Positions 50,814-59,197 of a DNA stretch of 64,000 bases are shown in pieces (within the stretch, counting starts at the first letter, position 1; each line of letters starts with the position of its first letter). Made by a program: the position numbers and the translations under genes. The notes below the pieces were generated by a model. That model ran no database searches, was not told where the DNA came from, and saw only the letters and a list, made by a program, of their open reading frames with translations. Source of the stretch: an uncultured Chloroflexia bacterium (lineage in GTDB: Bacteria > Chloroflexota > Limnocylindria > Limnocylindrales > CSP1-4); assembly GCA_963752475.1 (NCBI GenBank), contig CAVVYR010000006.1:672001-736000 (forward strand). The letters run 5' to 3'.

Positions 50814-50942
50814 GCTCGCGACGGTGGCAGGGGAGGTGCCGGCGCCATAGGGCGCATCGGCACATCCGGGCTGTCCGTTGGTCGCGGGCGCGTTAGCCTC
50901 TGCGGCGACGCATCCGTCACAGCGATCACGAGGAGCGCGAGC

Positions 50943-51239
50943 ATGGGCCCACTGGCCGCGATCTACCACCCGGGCGGCGCCGACCCCAACGGCTACCCCG
51001 TGACAGCCATCGATCTCATCACCACCTGGTCTGAGCAGACCGGCACCATCACCGAAGTCGTGTGCGTGACGACCGACGGTGCCATCCATACCTTCGAGGC
51101 CAGCAAGGTCCAGATCGTCGACCGAGCCGTGGCCGAGGCCATCGCCATGGCCTCGGACATGAACGAGAAGCAGCGCGGGCACTCCGGCCCGGTGCCGCCG
51201 CCTGCCGCCGCACGTTCGGTGAAGCTCGACCGGGGCTGA
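50943..51239 (+). CDS. Small hypothetical protein
   Basis: GAGGAG RBS; host-like codon usage. Confidence 0.6.
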   Translation: MGPLAAIYHPGGADPNGYPVTAIDLITTWSEQTGTITEVVCVTTDGAIHTFEASKVQIVDRAVAEAIAMASDMNEKQRGHSGPVPPPAAARSVKLDRG

Positions 51240-51310
51240 GTCGTTCGGCGCCCCGGGACCGGGACTTCGGGGGTAGGGTCACGGGCCGAGCGGTGACAGA
51301 CCATCGGCAC

Positions 51311-52579
51311 ATGGAACTGCGCCTCTCCCAACGGTCCTTCATTCCCCGCCTCGCGGCGGCGACCGCTGTGCTTCTTGCCCTTAGCCTGCCCCTCACGTCG
51401 GTCGCGGATGCTGCCGTCACAGTGCCCTTCAGGGCCAAGATGTCGGTCCAGCTCAGCCCCGGCATCACGTTCCAGCAGGGAACGATGAAGACGACCGGCG
51501 GGCGCAAGCAGGTGGTTCGCATCGGGATCGTCGATCCCAAGAACCCCAGCGTGCGGCTCAAGGCGCTGCTCTCCAACGACCGAGTCGTGAAGCGCGACCT
51601 GGTCTCGCAGATCGCGCTCCGAAAGCGCCGCAAGGGCTTCCGTCCGATCATCGCCACCAACGGCGACATGTCCACGCGTCAGCGCGTGGATGCGTACGCG
51701 GCGCCGCACTCGATGGCCGTGTCAGGCGGTGAGCTGATGGTGGCGCAGGCCTGCGCCCGACCGTCGCTGGGTGTCGATGCCGAAGGCAACGCCCGCATCG
51801 ACAACGTGCGCGCCCAGGTCGAGGTCACACCGCCCGGGTTCAAGTACGCCACCCGCATCCACAAGGTGAACACGCACCGGGACACAGGCCACGTCGTGCT
51901 CTACACGCGCCGCTTCGCGCCGCGCACGCAGACGGCCTACGGCGGCGTCGAGGTCATCCTCGATCTGCAGGGCAAGCTGATGGCCAACGGCAAGCAGACG
52001 GTGCGCGTCCTGCGCGTCCGTCGCGGGGGAGGGAACACCCCACTCAAGGCCGGCCAGGCCGTGCTCTCGGTCAAGAACCCGAAGCATTCCTGGGTCTACA
52101 AGCTGCGTCCAGGGCAGACCTTCCCGCTGCACACGTCCATCGTCCGCAGCAACGGCGGGCCCTGTGCAGACGGCATGCCCAAGGCGCCTGGCTTCAAGAA
52201 GGCCGTGGAGGTCCAGGGCGGCAACTGGTTCACACTTCGTGGCAGCCGGATCGTGGCGCCGACGCGCGCCAAGTACGCACCCGGCCAGCAGCGTCACCCG
52301 CGGACGGGCCTGGGTGTGACGGCTGATGGTCGCGTGATCATGGTCACCGTCGATGGCCGCTATGGCGGCAGTGCCGGCGTCACGCTTGCGGAGATGGGCC
52401 AGTTGATGCGGTCCCTCGGCGCCAAGCACGCCTTCAACATGGATGGCGGTGGCTCGACGGTGATGGCCCGATTCAAGCCGGAAGTGGGTCGCTTCGCGGT
52501 CGCCAACAAGCCGTCCGATGGTCGACAGCGTCCCGCTACGCAGGCCTTCGCAGCCTTCCAGGTCGCGCTCAGCAAGTAG
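51311..52579 (+). CDS. Secreted phosphodiester glycosidase (NAGPA/DUF2233) family protein
   Basis: Signal peptide, ATNGD, HPRTGLG, TVDGR, NMDGGGST. Confidence 0.88.
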   Translation: MELRLSQRSFIPRLAAATAVLLALSLPLTSVADAAVTVPFRAKMSVQLSPGITFQQGTMKTTGGRKQVVRIGIVDPKNPSVRLKALLSNDRVVKRDLVSQIALRKRRKGFRPIIATNGDMSTRQRVDAYAAPHSMAVSGGELMVAQACARPSLGVDAEGNARIDNVRAQVEVTPPGFKYATRIHKVNTHRDTGHVVLYTRRFAPRTQTAYGGVEVILDLQGKLMANGKQTVRVLRVRRGGGNTPLKAGQAVLSVKNPKHSWVYKLRPGQTFPLHTSIVRSNGGPCADGMPKAPGFKKAVEVQGGNWFTLRGSRIVAPTRAKYAPGQQRHPRTGLGVTADGRVIMVTVDGRYGGSAGVTLAEMGQLMRSLGAKHAFNMDGGGSTVMARFKPEVGRFAVANKPSDGRQRPATQAFAAFQVALSK

Positions 52580-52581
52580 CC

Positions 52582-52686
52582 GGAACCGGCGAGCGCCATC
52601 AGGTCGCCTTCCTGCATCCCCGACGCGAGAGCGCGGTGGGCGTAGGCGTGGCGGAACGCATGCGGATGGAGTCGGATGTCGGCGGC
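52582..52686 (-). pseudogene. Tyrosine recombinase fragment
   Basis: IRLHPHAFRHAYAHRALASGMQEGDLMALAG = HxxRH box II region. Confidence 0.78.
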
Positions 52687-52809
52687 GGTTCCACGGTGAT
52701 GGCCCGGCACATGAACGACAGCGGCAGGTTTCTGGTGGTCAACAAGCCGTCGGACGGCAGGCAGCGGCCAGCCACTCAGGCCTTCGCGGTCCTTGAGGTG
52801 GAGCCGTAG
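52681..52809 (+). pseudogene. Diverged duplicate of the 3' end of the phosphodiester glycosidase gene
   Basis: GGGSTVMARHMNDSGRFLVVNKPSDGRQRPATQAFAVLEVEP* versus GGGSTVMARFKPEVGRFAVANKPSDGRQRPATQAFAAFQVALSK*. Confidence 0.85.
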
Positions 52810-52843
52810 TCAGCTCGATACGAACCACGGTCCACTCGGATCG

Positions 52844-53547
52844 TCAGGGCCCCTGCTTCGGCGGGGGCTCTACTCGTGTCTGCGGCCAGGGACGCAACGG
52901 GCTCCCGATGAGCAGGTCGGAGGCGGGGTCGTAGTCCGCACCTCCGAGTGCGGGGGTGCCGCAGACGACGAGATCGGCACGCTCCCAGGGGCGGTCCTCG
53001 GCCAGGAACGGCTGCTCTTCGGCGTCCCACTCCCACCAGAAGTCGATCTCCGCCTGGCCGCCCCCATCACGCGCGATGCCACGACGGTTGGCTTCCTCCC
53101 GGTCGGACTGGACCCAGACGGCGGCGTCGAGCAGGGGAGCGAGAGCGCGGCGGCTGATGCCGCAGCCCTCGACTAGCACGAGCGGCGTCGCGGCCGGGAC
53201 CACGATCGAGCCTTCTCGGCCACGTGGCTTCCATGCCGGCGGTTGGTAGTCCACATCCTCTCCGCGTCGCAGCGGCTCGAGGATGCCCTCCGCCATGAGG
53301 TGGTCCCAGCCGAGAACGACTCCCACCACGCGACATCATCGGTGTGGACCACGACGCTTCCAGGTACCTGCTCCGACAGCCGAGCTGCAGTGGTGGTCTT
53401 GCCGCTGCCCTGACGGCCGTCGACGGCGATGAGGATGGGTCGGCCCGTCGGTGATCCGGCGACAGCGAGCAGTCCTGCCAGGACATCGGCTGTGGGCCGG
53501 GCGACCCATGGGGCAGCCCCGGGCTCGATGGGCAGGGTCTGGGTCAT
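52844..53547 (-). CDS. Uridine kinase-like P-loop protein, frameshift near 53313
   Basis: AVDGRQGSGKTT, HTDD, LVEGCG, RPWERAD; adding one T gives WWESFFGWDH. Confidence 0.78.
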
Positions 53548-53601
53548 CGAGGTTGGTGCCCTTGCGGCATGGTCGCGCAACGATGCCATACTTGAGGCCA
53601 C

Positions 53602-53678
53602 GCGCCCGTAGCTCAGTGGATCAGAGCATCTGACTTCGGATCAGAGGGTCGCGGGTTCGAATCCTGCCGGGCGCGCCA
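53602..53678 (+). tRNA. tRNA-Arg (UCG)
   Basis: GCGCCCGTAGCTCAGTGGATCAGAGCATCTGACTTCGGATCAGAGG…GGTTCGAATCCTGCCGGGCGCGCCA. Confidence 0.94.
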
Positions 53679-53803
53679 CTTGCTCTTCGCGAACCCCTAG
53701 CGCAGCGCTTGCCGTTGCCTGTACCCTGACCCGATCGCACGAGGGGCCCTGACCCCCACGGGGGTGTCGCAGCGACACAGCTACTGGGAGGGTCCCCTCA
53801 AGC

Positions 53804-54784
53804 ATGCGAAGCACCCGACTCCGCCATGTACTGGCCGTGGTCACCGCGGCCGCGGTCCTGGCCTCGATGACCGCCGCCACCGTGGCGTCCCCCGCCTCCG
53901 CCGCCAAGCCCCGCTGCCAGGGCAAGGTCGCCACCATCGTGGGTACCCGCAAGGCCGACAAGCTCGTCGGCACCGCCAAGCGCGACGTCATCGTGGCCAA
54001 GGGTGGCGCTGACCGCATCTACGGCCGCGGTGGCAACGACCTCATCTGCGCCGGCACGGGCAACGACCTCGTCGTGGGTGGCCCCGGTGCCGACACGCTC
54101 TGGGGCCAGCTCGGCAACGACCGCCTCCACGGCGGCCCCGGACCCGACTTCCTCGCCGGCCAAGTAGGCAACGACCTGCTCAACGGTGGCCTCAACTTCG
54201 ACAAGTGCTTCCAGGGCACTGGCATCGGCACGGTGGCAAACTGCGAGCTGCCCGCCGCTGCACCGCCACCGCCACCGCCCGAGCCGCCCACGCTCGTCAT
54301 CGCGTACAGCGACGCCAACAACAACCACAAGTACGACACCGGAGACGTGATGATCGCGAAGATCGTCGACACCATCGAGAACGGCTACATCGACAATGGC
54401 GACACGCTCAAGATGGGCCAGTACCCGACCACGCCGTTCGCTGTCACCCCCGCGGCCATCCGCAACACCTTCGAGGACTGGCGTGTGAAGAGCCATACGG
54501 TCACCAGCGTCGATACGAACAACGACCCTTGCGCCGTCTTCGTGACGTCGAGCGGCGGTAGCCACCAGTTCTGGGAGCACGGCGACGGCTGCACGAGCAG
54601 CGATCAGTACTACGAGTACACGGTCGACTACTCCGATATCTGGGACGCCAAGAACCCTGGCAGCGGTGACTACGTCGACTACGAGTCCGACTCTCCGAGC
54701 AAGCCGATGTCTGAGTTCTACCTCGGCGGCTATGGAAAGGGCGACGACGGCTTCATCGACGTCGAGATCTACGTCAACCCCTGA
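53804..54784 (+). CDS. Secreted RTX-repeat protein, paralogue 2
   Basis: Same architecture as 40056-41030; ends GKGDDGFIDVEIYVNP. Confidence 0.87.
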   Translation: MRSTRLRHVLAVVTAAAVLASMTAATVASPASAAKPRCQGKVATIVGTRKADKLVGTAKRDVIVAKGGADRIYGRGGNDLICAGTGNDLVVGGPGADTLWGQLGNDRLHGGPGPDFLAGQVGNDLLNGGLNFDKCFQGTGIGTVANCELPAAAPPPPPPEPPTLVIAYSDANNNHKYDTGDVMIAKIVDTIENGYIDNGDTLKMGQYPTTPFAVTPAAIRNTFEDWRVKSHTVTSVDTNNDPCAVFVTSSGGSHQFWEHGDGCTSSDQYYEYTVDYSDIWDAKNPGSGDYVDYESDSPSKPMSEFYLGGYGKGDDGFIDVEIYVNP

Positions 54785-54807
54785 TACCGTCCCTGCTCCG
54801 ATCGTGA

Positions 54808-54834
54808 AGGCCCGTCCCGTCGAGGGGCGGGCCT
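54808..54834 (+). terminator. Hairpin downstream of RTX paralogue 2
   Basis: AGGCCCGTCCC…GGGGCGGGCCT. Confidence 0.6.
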
Positions 54835-54943
54835 CCCTGCATGTTGGGCAGGGTGTCAGGCAGTCGATGGCATACTCGAGTGGCACGTCAGCACCATGTG
54901 GATCGTCGTGGTTGCGGGTGCCACCGATCCAGTGGGGGAAGAG

Positions 54944-55807
54944 ATGCGGACCGAACTCGACTGCGTGCCATGTCTGATGGCGCAGTCGCTCGATGCCAGC
55001 CGCCATCTCTCGGATGACCCGGCGTTCCACGAGCGGACCCTCGAAGAGATGCTGCGCTGGACGCTCGAGACGGACCGTCGCCATTCGCCCCCGGTGCTGG
55101 GCCAGCGCCTCCATGCACATCTTCGTGCGGTCACCGGCGAGGACGACCCCTACCGCCGCTCCAAGGACCGGCAGAACGAGCTCGCGCTGGGCCTGCTACC
55201 GGAGCTGCACGCGCTGGTCGCTGCCGCCGATGACCCGTTCGAGCTGGCAGTCCGCATCGCCGTCGCCGGCAACGTCATCGACCTCGGGATCAACCGAACG
55301 CTGACCGAAGCCGACGTCCACCACGCCCTGGAGCAGGCCCTGGCCGAGCCGGTCGCGGGACCGCTCGACGAGCTTCGGGCCGCTGCCGAGTCGGCTACCG
55401 ACATCCTCTACCTGGCCGACAACTGCGGCGAGATCGTCTTCGACCAACTCCTCGTGGAACAGCTGACGCCCGAGCGTGTGACCGTCGCGGTGCGCGGGGC
55501 TCCGATCCTCAACGACGCCACGCTCATGGATGCCGAGACCACGGGGATGACCCAGCTCGTCGAGGTCATCGACAACGGCTCCGATGCTCCCGGCACGCTC
55601 CTCGACGACTGCAGCCTGGAGTTCCGCCAGCGGTTCGAGTCCGCCGACCTGGTGATCGCCAAGGGCCAGGGCAACTACGAGTCGCTAGGTGAGGCGCCTC
55701 GGCCGGTCTACTCCCTGTTCAAGGTCAAGTGCTCGGTCGTGGCGGGCCATGTCGGTCTGTCCATGGGCACCGCGGTGCTGTCGAGGATCGGAACGCCTTC
55801 TTCCTGA
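54944..55807 (+). CDS. DUF89/ARMT1-like damage-control metal phosphatase
   Basis: DCVPC, GNVID, LADNCGEIVFD, NDAT, KGQGNYE, KC. Confidence 0.9.
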   Translation: MRTELDCVPCLMAQSLDASRHLSDDPAFHERTLEEMLRWTLETDRRHSPPVLGQRLHAHLRAVTGEDDPYRRSKDRQNELALGLLPELHALVAAADDPFELAVRIAVAGNVIDLGINRTLTEADVHHALEQALAEPVAGPLDELRAAAESATDILYLADNCGEIVFDQLLVEQLTPERVTVAVRGAPILNDATLMDAETTGMTQLVEVIDNGSDAPGTLLDDCSLEFRQRFESADLVIAKGQGNYESLGEAPRPVYSLFKVKCSVVAGHVGLSMGTAVLSRIGTPSS

Positions 55808-55948
55808 TGTCTGGTGAGGGCCTCGGTCACCCCAGGGCACGATCTTCGCGCGACCGGACTGCTTGCGCCCGGGAGTAGCCTGAAGTCGTCGCATGGAGGC
55901 TCCGACCTCCGGGGCATCGGAGCGACGCAGACAGGGGGATCCAGCCTG

Positions 55949-56908
55949 ATGCGCACCACCCGACTCCGCCACGCCGCGGCACTCTTCACCGCGGCCGCGG
56001 TGCTGGCCACGATGACCGCGGCCACCGTCGCCAGCCCCGCGAGCGCCGGCAAGCCCAAGTGCCAGGGCAAGGTGGCCACCCACGTAGGCACGAAGCGGGC
56101 CGACGTCATCCGCGGCACCGCCAAACGCGACATCATCGTGGCCCGCGGCGGCAACGACAGGATCTACGGCAAGGGCGGCAACGACCTCATCTGCGCCGGC
56201 ACCGGCAACGACCTCGTCGTCGGTGGTGCCGGTGCCGACGTGCTCTGGGGCCAGTTCGGGCATGACCGCCTCCACGGCGGCCCCGGTCCCGACTTCCTCG
56301 CGGGCCAGGTCGGCAACGACCTGCTCAACGGTGGCCTCGGGGTGGACACGTGCTTCCAGGGTACCGGTGACGGGCTCTGGGCCAACTGCGAGATCCCGGT
56401 GCCCATCCCACCCGAGCCGCCGACGCTCGTCGTCGCCTACGGCGACGCCAACAGGAACAAGACGTTCGACGCCGGGGACGTGATGATCGCCAAGATCGTC
56501 GACACCATCGAGAACGGTGTGATCGACGCCGGTGACACGATCAAGATGGGCCAATACCCCACGACCCCGCTGGCGGTCACGCCGGCTGCAATCCGCCAGA
56601 CCTTCGAGGCGTGGACGGTCAAGGAACACGAGGTGGTGGCGGTGGCCTCCACGTTGGGCGGCCACGTGAACGTCCAGACCGCGGGTGGCGGCGATCACCA
56701 TTGGTTCGACTCCAATAGCCTGTTTAGTGACCAGTACGTCGAGAGTGACGGCGACGGAACCTCGGACATCTGGGACAACCGCAATGCCGACACGACCGAC
56801 GGCGTCTACACCGACACCACCAGCCCGAGCGTGCCGACGAGCGCCATCGACATCGAAACGCCCCTCGGCAAGGGCGACGACTTCTTCATCGAGGTCGACA
56901 TCTACTAG
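55949..56908 (+). CDS. Secreted RTX-repeat protein, paralogue 3
   Basis: Same architecture; ends GKGDDFFIEVDIY. Confidence 0.87.
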   Translation: MRTTRLRHAAALFTAAAVLATMTAATVASPASAGKPKCQGKVATHVGTKRADVIRGTAKRDIIVARGGNDRIYGKGGNDLICAGTGNDLVVGGAGADVLWGQFGHDRLHGGPGPDFLAGQVGNDLLNGGLGVDTCFQGTGDGLWANCEIPVPIPPEPPTLVVAYGDANRNKTFDAGDVMIAKIVDTIENGVIDAGDTIKMGQYPTTPLAVTPAAIRQTFEAWTVKEHEVVAVASTLGGHVNVQTAGGGDHHWFDSNSLFSDQYVESDGDGTSDIWDNRNADTTDGVYTDTTSPSVPTSAIDIETPLGKGDDFFIEVDIY

Positions 56909-56932
56909 TCGCCCGATCTGATCCTCGCCTCA

Positions 56933-56961
56933 GGGGTCCGTCCCGTCCACGGGCGGGCCCC
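56933..56961. terminator. Hairpin between convergent genes
   Basis: GGGGTCCGTCCCGT…ACGGGCGGGCCCC. Confidence 0.6.
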
Positions 56962-56983
56962 GTCGTCTTGCGGGGCTGACCCT

Positions 56984-57994
56984 TCAGACGCGTGCTGCGA
57001 GGGCCTTGTTCACCGCGGGGATGATCTCCGCGCCGTAGATCTCCAGCTGCTCTTCCTCGTCGCCGTTCATGAGGTAGATGTTGAACTGGTCGACGCCGAC
57101 CTCGGCCAGCTGCAGCAGGCGCTCGACGTGCGCCGCCGGCTCGCCCAGGATGGAGAAGCGGTCGATGACGTCGCCCTCGATGTAGTCGGCGTTCGATGAC
57201 CCGACCTCCGCGTGGTGTCGGTAGTCGTATTCCTCGCGCTCGGTGATGTAGCCGGTCAGCGACTCGGGCAGCTCGTCGGGCGGGACCTTCTTGACGAGGT
57301 CGACGACGTGGTTGGCCACCATCGCGGGGAACCACTTCGTGCGCTCGCGGCAGTCTTCGAGATCGCCCACGTGGGCCGGGGCTGCCGCCTGGACCATGAC
57401 CGAATCGGGGTCGCGCCCTGCGTCGGCCGCGGCCTTGCGCATCGTGCCCGCCATCCATTCGATCAGCGCCGGGTCGCCGATCTGCAGGATGAGCCCGTCG
57501 GCCACACGACCGGTCAGCGCCAGCGCCATCGGGCCGTAGCCCGCGACCCAGACCGGCAGCTTGGCGCGCTCGGTCCAGGTCAGGTCGAGGTGCGTACCCC
57601 GGTAGTCCACCGGCCGCCCTTCGGCCAGCTCGCGGATGACCTCGATGGCGTGCTCCATCGTCTTGAGCTTCGTGGGCGGCAGACCAAGCAGCCGCACCGC
57701 ACCGTCGCCGCGGCCCATGCCCAGGTCCATGCGTCCGCCGCTGACCTCCTGCAGCGTGGCCAGCACGCTGGCGGTGACGCTGGGGTCGCGCGTGGTGGGG
57801 TTCGTGACGCAGGCGCCAAGGCGCATCGTCCTGGTCGTGGTCGCAAGGACGGTGAGCAGGGGGTAGATCTCGCGCCAGAGCACGTGGTTGTCCCAGAACC
57901 AGCCGTACGTGAAGCCGGCCTCTTCCGCCTGGTCAAAGAGGGCGACCGTGCGCTCGACGCTGTGCTCAGCCTTGAGGGTGAAGCCGAAGTCCAT
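56984..57994 (-). CDS. LLM-class (probably F420-dependent) oxidoreductase, TIGR03842-like
   Basis: MDFGFTL, VTNPTTRD, GRGD, GYGPMAL, MVANHVVDLV, YDYRHH. Confidence 0.85.
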   Translation of the reverse strand: MDFGFTLKAEHSVERTVALFDQAEEAGFTYGWFWDNHVLWREIYPLLTVLATTTRTMRLGACVTNPTTRDPSVTASVLATLQEVSGGRMDLGMGRGDGAVRLLGLPPTKLKTMEHAIEVIRELAEGRPVDYRGTHLDLTWTERAKLPVWVAGYGPMALALTGRVADGLILQIGDPALIEWMAGTMRKAAADAGRDPDSVMVQAAAPAHVGDLEDCRERTKWFPAMVANHVVDLVKKVPPDELPESLTGYITEREEYDYRHHAEVGSSNADYIEGDVIDRFSILGEPAAHVERLLQLAEVGVDQFNIYLMNGDEEEQLEIYGAEIIPAVNKALAARV

Positions 57995-58133
57995 GGGCAG
58001 GGAGACTACACGCTGGCGAGGTGCTCCGGAAGCCCGGTCGGCCCGCTCGATGGGGCTGTCCGGCGGGTGTACGAGGGTGCCGGGGTTGTGGTTCAGTAGA
58101 CGCAGCCGACGACGAAGCCGCGAGGAGAAGTCC

Positions 58134-59156
58134 ATGGCCGCCACGACCCCGGGCCTGGTGTGCGCCCATCACCATCTCTACTCGGCGCTCGCCCGTGGCA
58201 TGCCGCCGCCCCCGGCCGTGGCCACGAACTTCCAGGAGATCCTGGAGCAGATCTGGTGGCGGCTCGACACGGCCCTCGACCTGGAGATGATCCGTTGGTC
58301 GGCCATGCTCGGCGCGCTGGAGGCGCTGGAGTCCGGTACCACCGCCATCGTCGACCACCACGAATCGCCCAACGCCATCGAGGGCTCGCTCGACGTCATC
58401 GCCGAGGCCTGCGCCGAGGTGGGCGTGCGCGTGCTTCCGGCATATGGCATCACCGACCGCCACGGTCCGGACGGCGCCCGCCGCGGCCTGGAGGAGAACC
58501 GCCGCTTCATCGAGGCCGGCAACAAGGGCCTCATCGGCATCCACGCCGCCTTCACCTGCACGGACGGCTCACTGGCCGAAGCCGCAGCCACGGCCGAAGC
58601 GCTCGGCGTCGGTGTCCACATCCACGTCTGCGAGGGCGTCGGCGACATCGACGCACCCAGCCGCCTCAAGGGCCTGACCCGTGATGACTGGCTGCTGGCC
58701 CATTGCGTGCACTTGCCCACCGATCACAGGCTCCGGGGCACGATCCTGCACAACCCCATGTCCAACCTCAACAACGGCGTTGGCTACGCGCAGCCGGCGC
58801 GCTTCGCCAATCCGGTGGCCCTGGGCACGGACGGCATCGGCGGCAACGTCATCGAGGCCTTCCGCCTGGCCTACGTCATGCAGCGCAGCGTCGATGTCAC
58901 CTGCGGACCCGACACGGCCTGGGGTTGGTTGGAGACCGGTTGGGAGCTGATGCCCGAGGCGCGCGAGGATGAGGTCACCTGGTCGTACGACCCGATGGAC
59001 CCGTGGCACATCGCCTTCACGCCGGGCGTCCGGCCGCTCGAGGTCAAGGTCGGTGGCGAGACGGTCCTGCGCGACGGTGTGGTCACCAAGGTCGACCCCG
59101 CGGAAGTCCGGGCCAAGGCGGCCGAACAGGCAAAGCGACTACACGCCCGCCTGTAG
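58134..59156 (+). CDS. ssnA: SsnA-like amidohydrolase
   Basis: PGLVCAHHHLYSALARG, WWRLD, DHHESP, HAAFT, HVCEG, LGTDG; adjacent to ygfK. Confidence 0.78.
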   Translation: MAATTPGLVCAHHHLYSALARGMPPPPAVATNFQEILEQIWWRLDTALDLEMIRWSAMLGALEALESGTTAIVDHHESPNAIEGSLDVIAEACAEVGVRVLPAYGITDRHGPDGARRGLEENRRFIEAGNKGLIGIHAAFTCTDGSLAEAAATAEALGVGVHIHVCEGVGDIDAPSRLKGLTRDDWLLAHCVHLPTDHRLRGTILHNPMSNLNNGVGYAQPARFANPVALGTDGIGGNVIEAFRLAYVMQRSVDVTCGPDTAWGWLETGWELMPEAREDEVTWSYDPMDPWHIAFTPGVRPLEVKVGGETVLRDGVVTKVDPAEVRAKAAEQAKRLHARL

Positions 59157-59197
59157 CGCCGCCAACGAAGCAGAAGCAAAGGCAGAGGAGCGAGGTC

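Noticed and set aside
53721-53803. Known c-di-GMP or c-di-AMP riboswitch in the RTX leaders
   Set aside because: Hallmark consensus elements are not recognisable; kept only as an unassigned conserved leader
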